Origin: Hemiscyllium ocellatum
Lineage: Eukaryota
Assembly: GCF_020745735.1 (NCBI RefSeq)
Contig: NC_083411.1
Span: 13,351,263-13,415,262, forward strand
Reading direction: 5' to 3'
Length of the DNA: 64,000 nt
The notes under the pieces were generated by a model that was given only the letters and a program-made list of their open reading frames with translations, was not told the origin of the DNA and did not search any database. A program made the position numbers and the translations under genes. Of the stretch, positions 37,176-50,352 are shown piece after piece (positions within the stretch are counted from its first letter, which is position 1; each line of letters starts with the position of its first letter).

Positions 37176-37591
37176 GTGAAAATAGTTAGTGTGTTGAACT
37201 GAATTCTACACTTCAGAGGGAGTCCCATTTAACTCAGCTTGTTAACTATTTCTCTCTCTACGGATGCTGTCAGACCTGCTGAACTTGTCCAGCACTTAGT
37301 GTTTCTTTTTGTCTCTGAGCATTATCATTTTTGCCAGGAATAATCCACTATCATTGAACTCGAAACTTGCACAATTTTCATAGTCATTTAAAAATTATTA
37401 AGCAGGCATTTCTTTTTCAGATTGCACTAGAAAAAATGTAGCAATGTGAATGCCAGCAAATGGAAATACCAAGTTAATAAAACATTTTGTCAAATAAAAT
37501 ACTCACAAGTGACATGAATGATTTTTTTTAATATATTGCTTTTCCATGGATTGTGGCTGGAAGGTACAAATTGTTCTTTTGCAATTATTGC

Positions 37592-37826
37592 TCTTCAGGG
37601 ACAGGCACAGAGAATGCTAGAGAAGCTCAGCAGGTCTGGTGGTATCTGTGGCGAGAGAAACAGAGTTAATGCTTTAAGTCCAATAGGACTCTGCTTCAGA
37701 ACTGAAGCTCAACTGAACTGAACAATTCTGAACAAGATTCCTATTCAACTCAACATTAACTCTGTTTCTGTTTTGCTGTTAGACCTGCTGAGTTTTTCCA
37801 GCATTCTCTGCGTGTGTCCCTGAAGA
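37592..37826. mobile_element. Palindromic PLE-derived mini-element (degenerate)
   Basis: TCTTCAGGGACA...TGTCCCTGAAGA termini; inverted CTCAGCAGGTCT/AGACCTGCTGAG. Confidence 0.7.
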
Positions 37827-38516
37827 AGGTATTTAACTTTAAAAGTTTGTATTGCTGGACTGTGAAATGAGCTGAACTGTGTAAGTGCAATACAGTTCAA
37901 GTTTTAAAGTCCCACATCCTACTCTTGTTTTAGTAGAAATCTGGGACATTTAAATAGTATTTCAATGTTCGTGAATGAATGTGAGTGAAGAAAGACTAAT
38001 TATGAACAGAAACAATTTATCTTGCAGTCCCCACCAGCCAATATTAACACTGCTGCCCTCCTGGGGAGGAATACAATGATTGCATAAGAAATTAATCAGT
38101 AAGCTCATGTAGATAACAGTAGTTTTATTGATTAGTACATATTTTCTGATACATCACAGATTCAAGTTTTGTTGAAAATTTATGATTTGCAAGTTTACCC
38201 ATGGCGATTTAAAAGTGATCCCTATGTATGAAAGAGTTTTCCATTAATTTCTGAAGCTATAGCTTATTGGCCCATATCTCCAATCTCCTCATGGTCAGAA
38301 AATGGACATAGGTTGAAAGATGCCCAGAGGAGAGCATCGAGAATGGAGGGAATGCCTGAGAGCATTAAACTTCCCAAGAGCAATTATCCAACATCAAAAC
38401 CCTCAAAATAATCTCAACTGTGAGTTAGAGATGGAGACCTGGACTCAGTAAATAATAAATGGATAAAAACCAGTTCAAACCCCTGTTTAATTTTACAGTT
38501 GACACCCCCCTCACAA

Positions 38517-38608
38517 CTGATGAAGGGCTTTTGTCCGAGACATCAATTACCCTGCTCCTCGGATGCTGCCTGACATGCTATGCTTTTCCAGCACCACTCT
38601 CATCTTGA
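38517..38608 (+). mobile_element. PLE-derived short element with degenerate hammerhead
   Basis: CTGATGAAGGGCTTTTGtCCGAgACaTC followed by the family tail. Confidence 0.7.
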
Positions 38609-39385
38609 ACCCCTTCATATATTACCATTGACCCTCTCACACACCTCTCCAAACCCCCAACCTCACTCCCTGCAGCCCCCACTGCCACTAGCCCTCTGAC
38701 CACTGACATCCCAACCCCCGCCTGACTTTTCCTACTTCCACCTCTCATGAGCCCCTCACCTTTCCTATTGCTTCACCCTCCCTCCATTGCCCTTTCCGCC
38801 ACCCCTCACCTTGGGTTCTTGCCTACTTCAGCACTGCTGAATGGACCTAGCCTGACAATTTACTATCCTACCCACTTTGCCACCTGACCCCCTCTGGCAC
38901 CCTGTCCACATTCCCACAGTGTAAACCCTGATACTTTAGACGCCAGACAACTGACTCTGACACATTACCCTTCTATCTGTCACCTTGTTAATCTATCTCC
39001 CCTGCACCTACCCAACCCGCACAACAGGCATGCACCCAAACTATCGACTTATCTCACGCCAGTTCATTTGCTAATGCAGTAAAATTATTTAAATATCCCA
39101 GAGTACTCAGGCACTGAATTAGCTTCTTAACGTGAGGCTTCAAATTCTGTTTTGAAAGGAAAAAGAGGCTTATGGCTTGAACTCATCCAATGACCTTGTG
39201 CGAGAGGGTGGTCTTCAACAACATCTTTCCTTCCAATTCTTGCAGACAGTGTATTTGGAAGTCCTGGCCAGAAATATACAGCTCCATTTCAGCATAAACA
39301 AAAGGAGCAAAGTGGCAATCCATCACCTGTTGTCAGCCCTCAAAGTACTTGACCTAATATCTCTTTTTTCTAATATTGGCTGACA

Positions 39386-39740
39386 GGTAGCACGGTGGCT
39401 CAGTGATTCAGTGGTTAACACTGCTGTCACACAGTGCCAGGGACCCAGGTTTGACTCCAGCCTCGGGTGACTGTCTGTGTGGAGTTTGCCCATTCTCTCT
39501 GTGGATTACCTCTGCTTGCTGCAGTTTCCTCCCACAGTCCAAAGCTGTGCGGGTTAGGTGGATTGGCCATGCTAAATTGTCCATAGTGTCGAGGGATGTG
39601 CAGGCTACACGGGTTACCCAGGGGAAATATAGGGTGAGGGTGGGGGCGGGGGGTGAGGTCTGAGTCAGATGCCCTTCGGAGGGTTGGTGTGGACATGATG
39701 AGCCAAATGGTCTGCTTCCACACTGTAGGGATTCAATGAT
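39386..39740 (+). mobile_element. HE1-like V-SINE
   Basis: Head, V-domain and tail. Confidence 0.9.
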
Positions 39741-39981
39741 CCGATGAGCAAAGAGGGTAGGGGCTTGGGGGGGGTGGGGAGGCACACTGAAGACATATAA
39801 TGAGCAACTCTGGGAGAGTTATACAGCAGAAGGGTACTGCATTTGGAGGCAGAGGTTTCTGGAACGGGAGTATCTGCCCAGCTCTCCCATCCCCTCGTGG
39901 TTTTTTATTTGCTGATCGCAGCCATTCCAGCTGCAACGGGAATACGCTTGAGGTTTTTATTGTGACCGTGACTCTCCAGGA

Positions 39982-40098
39982 GAATGCAGATGCTGGAGAT
40001 CAGAGTCCAGAGTATTGTGCTGGAAAAGCACAGCAGGTCAGGCAGCATCCGAGGAGCAGGAGAGTAGATGCTTTGGGCATAAGCCCTTCATCAGGAAT
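39982..40098 (-). mobile_element. PLE-derived short element with degenerate hammerhead
   Basis: Minus strand reads CTGATGAAGGGCTTATGCCCaAAgCaTC followed by the family tail. Confidence 0.7.
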
Positions 40099-40329
40099 TG
40101 GTGAATCAATTCCTGGACCAAGACTCATCAGTGCTGTCTGCTAAGTGGTCCTTGGGTCTCCTGCTATATTACCATTCTGGTGATGTGACGCAGGATGAGG
40201 TCCTGGAATAATAAAGAATCATAAAAGTTCAAAAGGTAGCATCAATGTTATTGCCTTGACTTGCCATCAGGGCTGGATTTCTTTCTTAAGATAATGTGGG
40301 TTGGGTCACTCCCCAGGTATTCATGCTCA

Positions 40330-40720
40330 TTTTCCACTCACCCACCCTCCTTCCTAAACACCTCGCTGTGATCTTTCCTCTGATGGAGCACAGGGAAATT
40401 CCTTGGTAGTTCCCATAGTCCATTTTGTCTCTTTGCTTGAAGACAGCGGTGATGACAACACCCCTGATTATCGGCTGGAGTTTCTTTGTCCCAGATTTTC
40501 AGGAATAGTTGATGGAAATCATGGGTAAGCTGTGCTCTTACAAGTTTGGAAATCTCCACTGGAATTACATGCATTCCTGTGGCTTTTTCATTCTTGATAC
40601 GTCTAGTGGCAGTTTTAGTTTCTGCCATTCCAGGTGGGACACCAAGAGTGATTTTCATGGGATATTGGGGATTTTCTCAAGCATATCCTTTCTGACAGCT
40701 GTATTGTGGTTCAGAAGTTC
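40330..40720 (-). mobile_element. RTE-clade RT N-terminal fragment
   Basis: IKNEKATGMHVIPVEISK...QLFLKIWDKE followed by a frameshifted GNYQGISL motif. Confidence 0.6.
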
Positions 40721-41844
40721 TTTGAAGTTTTCTCTCTGTCCATCATGAGGATTCCATTCTTATATCGCACCTGTTTGATGCCAAATGTGTTGGGTATGTA
40801 TGATACCTTGGTAACACAGAGGAAACCCCGAGTATTGTGCCTGTCAACAAGGAGATCATTCATAAACATCAGGAAATGTATGGGGCCCAATATTGACCAT
40901 GGGCATCTCAACTCCAAACCTGCCTCCAGCCCAAAACATATCCAAATAGAATGAGATAAGTGACAGGGAACCTTTTCAAATCTCAAACCTCAAATATCAA
41001 ATTTAATATGATTCCATTTCAGTAGGTTCTAATGTGTGAAATGGAGATTCTCTTACAGGAGTAAGGCAACGATAGTTTATCATTCTATATATATCATCTG
41101 CAACCAGCTCTTGTCTAGCTCTTAGGCATGTCCATAAGATGAAGACCTTACAACTGAATGATAACAATGCAGACTATTGATGCCCCTTGGTAACAGCATC
41201 TGTTTTGGTGCTGGCTAACATCACTCAATTGTTGTGTCAGCTACAGATAAGAGCCATTGGCGAGAATCAGTTGAAAACCAATTGATCATGTTTCACATTT
41301 TTATTTGAAGATATAATCACGTTGAAGAATGCCGAAGGCCATTAGATAAGCCATTGGTGATTACACTATAACTTTTTCCAAGTCTTGAGAATATTGTAAT
41401 GTAACCGTTGTAGGTACATTAATTCAAAGATGCAAAATAATACAATCATCTCCCAAATACATCTTTTATTGGTGAATCATTTTGCAAGCTTCAAAGATTA
41501 TATTGGAAACATTTCAAAGCGTTTGGTTCCCTAAGGCTAATAACAGTTTGGATTTAAGATATTAATTTTTTTTTGCAAGTTGTCACAATTATATTTTCGG
41601 TGTATCAAACTAAATAATCATCGTTGCTTTGCCAGCGGTTAATCTTAGAATGAAACTTGCCATGTATTTGATTACAGTTTTGATAAATAGAGTCCTTTTT
41701 GATGCAAGAGGTTTTTTTTGAAGCAATATAGCAATGACAGTTTACAAATATAATGCAACAAAAGACATCATGGTGTTCCAGAAGAAAAAGGTGAAGGAAA
41801 TTTGCAGTCACCAATTTGAAATTGGAGAAAGTAAACACACACGT

Positions 41845-42180
41845 AAATGTAGCCCCTTTCAAAACCTCGAGGCACTGCAGAGTTGTTTAACCTTTATTAA
41901 GTACTCCCAAAGTGTAGTGATTGTTACAATGCTTGGAAATGTCAAGACCAATTTGCTCCCAGCAATATTCCACAAATAACAATAAGATGGTGATTTGGTT
42001 GTGTTTTTTTTTACAGAGAATTTATACTGAATAGAACAGAGCCATAGAATCCTTTGCATCCAAATGCGAAGGTTGACTCACTTTAAGAACCAACATTTAG
42101 CATTCTCTCAGGATTACACTGGAGTGTCTGACTAAATTGTACCCTTGAAATGCTGGAAGGCGGCTTGAAGTTTCTAACTT
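41845..42180 (-). mobile_element. Degenerate DeuSINE (SacSINE1-like)
   Basis: aagtgtagtgattgttacaatg...caatttgc...ccacaaa and cactggagtgtc...gcttgaa segments resemble the recalled family consensus. Confidence 0.5.
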
Positions 42181-44619
42181 AGTAGCTTGGCAGCGAACAG
42201 AAGTTCACATCCTGGGTTAGAGATGACGACAAATGGTGAGAGAGAGGGGATAAATTTTGAAATTGATTGCCAAAGTATCGAGAGACAAAGCAAGGCAGAA
42301 AGGTTTAAGGAGAAATGGTGAGTGCTTGAATGCCAACAGTTGAGTAGAGAGGAAGCGATTGTAATAGAAGAGCATGTTCTGAAGAATAAAGTGATGTGAT
42401 ACTTCTAAGAGGAGCGGGTAGACCACTTAGTTCCAGGTGCTTAAAGGGGTATGATGCAGAGATGTCATCAATGGACTTGTATATAAAAGAAAGAATTTTG
42501 AAACCAAAGCATTCAGTATTGACAAGCCATTAGAGTTTGGCCGGAAGAGGAATGATAACTGAACAGCACATTTAATAGAACATGGGAAATCACAGTTTAG
42601 GATGAGTCTGAAACTGATGTTGGGTGGAATTCAAGTCTGAAAGTGATAAAATTCTGTGTCGGAGAGTTAGTGACAGTAACAGTGATGCAGAGATTGGAGT
42701 CAGGCAATATTGCAGATGTGGAATAAAACAATCTTAATGATTGACTGAGCGTTTAATGTTCAGTTCAGTATTGAACAAGCCAAATGGGAATTGTACTGTG
42801 GGGATTCAGATCAATCAGTTCCTTTTCCATTGCTGTCAACTATTAAACCACAAGAAGCAGACTAGAGCTTCATTAAATTTCACTTTTAGTAAATATACAT
42901 TTTATTTTAATTTTGCAAGCATCTTTGTTTGATAAATGATCCTATGCCATGATTTTCATTTCTCTCGATAAACTGATTCTGTTTGTCAAGAAATAGTTAT
43001 AGCTTTTCCATCATCCACCTTTAATGCTTTCTTTTGACCAATGTGCATGCTCCTTTTTGTTTTATAAGTAGCTGTCATTGTTTGGATATCTATAATTTAT
43101 TTTAATTTGAGCTAAATCAGGAAACACATTTGATGATTAAAAAGTAATCATGTTATTGTGATGGACAACATGCATCATTAATTCTGCAATTTCAGGCCTG
43201 CTAATTCACTGTCTTCTGAGCTATAATCTGCTGTTTAAATTTTACAGTCATTAAGCCTGTTTTGCAGAGCTATTGAGTCATATTTATGTACTGAGAGCTG
43301 GGAAAAAAAAAATCATGTTAATCTTAACAGCACATGAAATGCTTTCAATGTGTTGGAAAGATCTCACTGGCTGACACCGGGGACTGCACAGACTCACATT
43401 TAGTCTCTCCATTATCTGCCAAAATTAAGATTGCTTTCATCCTAAAAATGAAAATAATGTCAGTTTGCATCTTAATGTTGTAACCCTCCTTCAAATTCAC
43501 AGGAATGCAAAATGCCTGATGTATGATTTTTTTTTTGCAAATGTGCTTTTCTTAACTATAATGAAGAACTTCCAATGCTCATTCAGCAACAGGGGAACCA
43601 GAAAAGCACAAGGATCTTTACTTCATGCTACTTCATCCAGTCAGTCCTGGAAATGAGACACTTTCCCTGAAATATTAATCCAATCATCCCTTAATCTTTC
43701 CCACACATTCCCTCCAAAGCAGTTAATTGCATGCCACTTTTCTCTCCTTGAGTTTTAGCTTTTGTCCCCTTTTGGCAATCTCATACACATGCTCTTTCAT
43801 GTTCAGTTCATCACTTATCAAAAATATTGAACACTAGCATGATATATCTTTTGCTTGTCTTCTCCAGAATAAACAATCCTAAGCTATTTTTTTGACCTCT
43901 TCATGATCCAATGCCTTTATCTAAGTATCAGTAACCAAATATTCTTGCTGCAGAATTCTACGCAGAATTTCAGGTGTGGCTTTATCTCTACCTTTCACAT
44001 ATGCATCAATATCTCCTCGGGTTCATGTTCTATTCCTCTGGCTATACATACAAAAATCTTGTTATCTTTCTTCACCGGTGCTACACGCAGTGCTGTTGGC
44101 TTCACCAGCATCTCAACAATTCAGGCTTATTTTGTGATGTGTTGCCTCTGGCCATTTAATTTATATTCTTGCTGTTTCAGTTATGTCCCCAGTCTTATTA
44201 GCTTGCACTTGTCCACGTTAAATGACAGTTCCCACTCATCATTCCAGCTTTCCATTCTGCATCAATCCCTTTATAATGTGTTTCTGTTCTTTTTTTGGAG
44301 CTCCCTCAATGACTGGTGTTGCTAACAAATATAGAACAATTTCCCTTCCAAGCTCCCAATCGCTTATACACACTGCAGGCAGAAATGGCTGCAACATCAG
44401 TGACCCCTGACCAACTCAGTGAAGTTCCACTGGCATACACATTTTTCTTTCCTTCATCTTTTGTGAATCTCAGAAGACTTTTGTTTACTTGCTTGTCTCC
44501 TGACCTCATGAATTAACCATTTTGATAATACAGTATCCACGGTTTTTATGGAATCAAACTTCATATTCACAAAATACTGCTGCTGGCTAAGTCCTCTACA
44601 AACAAGTCAAATCATTACT

Positions 44620-44990
44620 TTTTAAAAATCATTCTTGGGATGTGGACATCACTGGCTGGCCAGTGTTTATTGCCCATCTCTAGTTGTCTTTGAGAGAGTG
44701 GTGGTGAGCTTCCTTCTTGAATTGTTGTTTTCTATGTGTTGTCGGATGGCCCACAATTTCCCTCGGGAGGAAATTCCAGGGTTTTGACTCAGCGATGCAG
44801 AAGAAATGGTGATATATTTCCTAGTCAGGATAGTTAGTGGCTTGGAGGAGACTTTGCAGGTGTTGGCATGTTCCCATGTTCTTTTCTCATTGTCCTTTTG
44901 ATGAGAGTGGACATGGGTTTGGAAGGTGCAGTCGAAGGATCTTTGGTGAATTTCTGCAGTGCATCTTGTGGATAGTCATAGCGGTGTGTG
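44620..44990 (-). mobile_element. L2/CR1-superclade LINE 3' end
   Basis: Reverse complement of the tail at 61000-61351; related pieces at about 33830-34030 and 57320-57830. Confidence 0.65.
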
Positions 44991-47085
44991 CTAACTGTCG
45001 ATATTGGAGTGGATATTTGTGGGTGTGGTGCCAATTCAATAAATGCAGGCCAGTTAGAGATTACCACATGCCAACTGCCCTACCGTCCCCAGTCCTGCTT
45101 CCTGTCTCTCATGGAAGGTCTTTCAAAACTAATCTTTGCATTCTCAGCCCTCCTGCCACTGTCCAGCAGTTTATGGCAGAGTGAGAGTATTAACAATTGG
45201 TTAATTGGGGTTTAACAATTAAGGACTAGAAGCCGAGTGGTTGACAAATCCACCTCCATCCTTCCCATTCCATTATAATGGGGAATGGTTTGGGAGTGGG
45301 CGGGAGGGAGGCAGGATGATACACATTACATATCATTACAGCCTCTGGAATGTTGAGATTCAATCTATATAATCTTCCACACTCCTACACCATATCTAAC
45401 CTAGCATCCCACATTCTCATCTAGGAATGCTGTAAATGTGTGCCACTTTTTTGTTTAATTCATATCTGATTATTTGATATTATATCACCTTTTGAATCTT
45501 GCTATCTTAATGCAAGTTTACATTTTAATTCTCTTGATGAATTTCTGAAATTTCTGTCTCCTTGGGTCAGTATTTTTTCCAGTCCCGAATACTTGATGTA
45601 GCTTCATATGTTATAAACATTCCCTTCACTGCGTTACTTACTTTGTTCCCAACTCATTTGTTTCTTTCTACTGTACTCCTGTTCATTCTGTATCAACAGA
45701 AAGGTCTTCATTACGATTCATCCAAATGTATGCTGTGATAGGAATTTGAAAGCCTTATCTTTGTTAAGTGGACTGATACTAACCTCTAAACCAGCATAAA
45801 ATACTTCTTCATAGACATTTACTGCAGTATTCTGCATCAGCTTCTCAATAGTAAGTGGACAGAGAAAGAAAGTGATCTTCTCGGATTATTGGTGAGGAGG
45901 GGTAAACAGCCCTTTAACACTATTTTTACCAACATTATCCCACTTCACTGGAAAAATTAACATTGAGAAAATTAGTGGTAATCCCTTAACACTCTGTTGA
46001 TATCGAATTGTATCATTAGCCACATAAAGCTGTGAATACCAGTTATTACAACGCAAGCATCACTGCTGAAAAGTGGCAGCTATTAAACAGCTATCCCTGT
46101 TTAATTACGCTGTCATATCATACTCAGCGGAATATATTAATTTTGTTTAACTGGCATTATGTGATTTTTGGTTTTACATACAGGATATCTCTGAGGACTC
46201 CCTTACTCAGGTGCTGGGTAATACAAGATTGAGAGGGTTATTATTGTTGTATATCTTTAACAGGTGTACATCTGATTAACGATTCCATTCAGGAAGCATG
46301 GCGTGACTTACCCTTATCTGAAAAAGGGACACTGAGTACTTCCTCGGAGTTCCACCATGAAATCTACTCCATGAGTCAAATAGTTGACACAGTTCTTTTT
46401 AATCTCATGATATAATGCTTTGCCATGACAAACAAATGTGGTTTCTGTTGCACACAATAAAACCACCCCACAGAATCCCTTCACATTTGGCATTGGATCA
46501 GAGTGCACGTGGGATGCTTTTTACTTCTGGGTACCTGTGGTGTACAAGGTAGCTCAGTGATAGTGCCCCCAAAACAGCAAGAGAGCATGCCATTGCCTTG
46601 CTGTGGACTATTGCTGATATATATGCTGTCTCCAACCTCATATCCTACTACTTTATTCACCTTCCACCCATACTATCCTGCCAACAGGGCCTCCTACCAG
46701 GGGTGTCACTGCATCACTGGTAGCCAATAGAATTAGTCCCAGACTCATGGAAGCTCTGTTGAGTCTACAGTCTGTATGGGGCCAGCTATTGGCAGGAGCT
46801 GAGTGCCTATAGGTCGAAGTTTGAGAAAAACATTTGAAAGCCAAGTTTCACACATCACTGAAATGCAGGCATTCATGTGAATCTGTGCAAAGCAAATGCC
46901 TAGTTGCACCATTGGAACATAGGAACAGCACTTCCACCCATTTTCAGAAGTAGATCATGGCTGTTTTAGATCTTCACGTCATGCAGCTTCAGTGCTATAT
47001 TTCATGGTATCCTTACCTAACAAAAATCTATCAATCTTATTTGAAATTATCCACATCCACACCTGGGTGACCTAAGAGGATTCAA

Positions 47086-47425
47086 TGTGGCAGTGCTTAA
47101 TACTGCTGCCTGGGACAGTGTCAAGGACCCAGGTTTGATTCCAGTGTTGTGGGACTGTCTGTGTGGAGTTTGCACATTGTCTGCACGGGTTTCCTCCGTG
47201 TGCTCCGGTTTCCTCCCACAACCCAAAGATGTGCAGGTTAGGTGGATTGGCCATGCTAAATTGCCCATAATGTCCCAGGATATGTAGGCTAGATGGATTT
47301 GCCGTGGAAAATGCAAGGTTCCGGGGATTGGGTGAGGGGGTGAGTCTGGGTGGGATGCTCTTTGGAGAGTCACTATGGACTCAATGGGCTGAATGTCCTG
47401 ATTCCACACTGAAGGGATTCTATGA
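47086..47425 (+). mobile_element. HE1-like V-SINE
   Basis: V-domain and GGGATTCTATG tail. Confidence 0.9.
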
Positions 47426-47744
47426 CACAAATGTGACATTTGTTTTCCTACCCCTTGAAGCTCCAATTAAAATCTACTTGAGAAGTTTGACTTCAGCTAA
47501 GTAATGTAAATAGGGATTAAATCTTAATAATGTATAACACCAAACTACACTGTGTTCCACAAACTAGCTAAAGAATGCAAAGCCTTTTCTAACCAGTTTT
47601 GTTGTGCTGTGATTGTACTGGGTTGTACTGGGTCTTTTAAGTTTGTTACTTTTTTTGAGATTTTTGGTGAGTTTGTGTGCTACTAGGATTCCGAGGGGTC
47701 TTAGTAGTCTGGCTGTCATTTCTGAAACTTCTTTGATGTATAGT

Positions 47745-48225
47745 ACAACCCATGGACAAAACCAACATCATCTACAAAATTCAATGCAAGGACTGCCACA
47801 AACAGTACGTAGGACAAACAGGAAGAAAGTTAGCCACCAGGATACACGAACACCAGCTAGCCACAAAAAGACACGACCCTCTCTCCTTCATAGCCCTACA
47901 CACGGATGAAAAAAACCACCATTTTGACTGGGACAACACATCTATCCTGGGACAGGATAGGCAAAGGCATGCCAGAGAATTCCTAGAGGCCTGGCACTCC
48001 AACCACAACGCCATAAACAAACACATTGTTCTAGATACCATCTGTCAACCCCTCAGAAATTGAACAGGAAATGACATCACCATAAACCCCAAGAAACCCC
48101 TCCAGGACAAACACATAAATAGAAAGCAGGAGACAACAGCATCGCTTCACTTGGAGGTCTCCTAGCCAGGTAATGAAACGTCTGGATATCAAACCTACAG
48201 CTCAGTGAGCAAACCTACACCCTAC
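47745..48225 (+). mobile_element. Penelope-like element 3' part: GIY-YIG endonuclease and 3' repeat
   Basis: NIIYKIQCKDCHKQYVGQTGRKLATRIHEH (GIY-YIG with CxxC); the downstream GGTAATGAAACGTC is the 3' half of a hammerhead whose 5' core has been deleted. Confidence 0.85.
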
Positions 48226-49055
48226 AGAAGAATATAGATAGACTAGAGAATTGGACAGAGAAGTGACAGATGGAGTTCAAACCAGGCAAATGTGAGGTGA
48301 TGCATTTTGGGAAGTCTAATTCTAGAATGAATTATATAGTAAACGGAAGAGTCTTGGGAAAAGTTGATGAGCAGAGAGTTCAAGCCCATTGTACCCTGAA
48401 GGTTGCTGCACAGGTGGACAGAGTGATCAAGAAGGCATATGGTATGCTAGCCTTCATCAGACAGGTATTAAGTATAAGAGCTGGTGGCCCGTGTTAAAAT
48501 TGTACAAGACATTGGTTCAGCCACATTTAGAATACTGTGTACAGTTCATTGCCAAAAGGATGTGAATGTGTTGCAGAGGGTGCAGAGAAGGTTTACGAGG
48601 ATGTTGCCTGGTATGGAAGGTGCTAGCTATGAAGAGAGGTTGAGTAGGTTAGGATCATTTTCATTAGGAAAAAAGGAGATTGAGGGGGGGACCTGGCTGT
48701 GGTCTACAAAATCATGAAGGATATAGACAGGGTAGATAGAGATAATCCCAGGGTGAAGGATTCAGTAACGAGAGGTCATGCTTTCAAGGTGAGAGGTGAA
48801 AAGTGTAAGGGGGAGAAATGCAGCAAGTACTTCACACAGAGGGTGGTAGGTGCCTGGGACACGTTGCCAGCAGAGGTAGTAGAGGCAGGCATGGTAGATT
48901 CATTTAAGATGCGTCTGGACAGATGCATGAGTAGGTGGAGAGCAAAGGAATACAGATGCTTAGGAATTGGGTGACAGGTTTAAACAGTGGATTTGGATCG
49001 GCTCAGGCCTAGAGGGCCAAAGAGTGTGTTCCTGAGCTGTAAATTTTCTTTGTTC
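48226..49055 (+). mobile_element. CR1 RT to 3' fragment
   Basis: MEFKPGKCEVMHFG, RVQRRFTRMLPG and TRGHAFK. Confidence 0.85.
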
Positions 49056-49059
49056 TTTG

Positions 49060-50352
49060 TAAATATCACCAACGATCTCTCCTGGCCCATCCATGTCAAT
49101 GCTATGGTCAAGAAAGCCCACCAATGCCTTTACTTCCTCAGAAGGCTAAGGAATACGATGCGTCCACGAAGACTCTTCCCAATCTTTGTAGACGCATCAT
49201 GGAAAACAACTTATCCAGATGCATCGCAGTGTGATACGGCAATTGCTTTGCCTAAGACCACAAGAAATCACAGAGAATTGTGAATGCAGCCCAGTCCATC
49301 ATGAAGACCATTCTTCCTTCCATTGACTCTGTCTACACATCCCACTGCCTTGGGAAAGCAGCCAACATAACCAAAATCCTTCCCACCCTGATTATACTCT
49401 CATCCACCCTCTTCCATTGGGCAGAAGATACAAAGATTTGAAAACACGTACCAACAGATTCAAGAACAGCTTCTTCCCCACTGTTATCAGACATGAACGG
49501 ACCTCTCATATTAGAAACAAAACAGATATTGCTGGAAAAGCTCAGCAGGTGTGTCAGCATCTGTGAAGGGAAATCAGAGTTCACATTTCAGGTCCAGTGA
49601 TCCTTCCTCAGAACTGATGGTAGCTCGGAAAATATTGGTTTATGTGCAGAAGATTGGGCAGAGGGAGGGTAAAAGTAAATGATAGGTGAAGATAAGGCTC
49701 AAAGAGAGAGAAGAACAATTGGACAGACTAAGGAGTGGATGATGATCTGGCTGAGAGGGTGAATAGTTGTTAATGGAGACTGTTAGTGGCTAACATTAAA
49801 TAGTGTGTAACAGCAGACTTTGTGATAACGAGGCTTGGTGGGTGTGGTAGGATGCTAGGATATGGAAGCTTTCAAGCCCTAAATTTATTGAATTCAACAT
49901 TGAGTCCAGAGGGTTGTAGAGTCCCCAAGAGAAAAATGAGATGTTGTACATCCAGCTGGTGCTGAGCTTCGCTGGAGGGCTACAGCAAGACTGAGACAGA
50001 GATGTTAGTCAAGGATCTGGGTGATGTGTTAAAGTGACAGGCAACTGGAAACTCAAGGTCTTTTTTGCAGGCAGAATATAGATGTTCTGTGAAGCAGTCC
50101 CCAGTCTATGCTTCATTTCCCCAATGTAGCGGAGACCTCATCATGAGCAGCGAAAGCAGTAGACCAGATTGCGTTAAGTATATGTTAGAGTTGATCTTTC
50201 TCTGCACCTTCTCTGTAGCTGTAATACAGTGTTCTGCATTCTGTTCTGTTATCCTAATGTATTTATGTAAGCTATGAATTACCTGGATAGCACACAAAAC
50301 AGTACTTTTCACTGTATCTCAGTAAATGTGACAATAATAAATCAAATACAAT
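49060..50352 (+). mobile_element. Rex1/Babar-like LINE 3' part interrupted by a Penelope-like element
   Basis: NITNDLSWPIHVNAMVKKAHQCLYFLRRLR; tail GTGACAATAATAAATCAAATACAATC near 50330-50352. Confidence 0.7.
49513..50180 (-). mobile_element. Penelope-like element 3' part (third family)
   Basis: Minus strand has GLRYIGEMKHRLG and QHLIFLLGTLQPSGLNVEF (GIY-YIG remnant), then a degenerate hammerhead GTT-CTGAGGA-A-GGATC-actg-GACCT-GAAATGTG-AAC at 49579-49614. Confidence 0.75.

Noticed and set aside
43903-44325. 140-aa ORF as a nested gene
   Set aside because: No recognisable domain or splice context; probably a chance frame in decayed repeat sequence.
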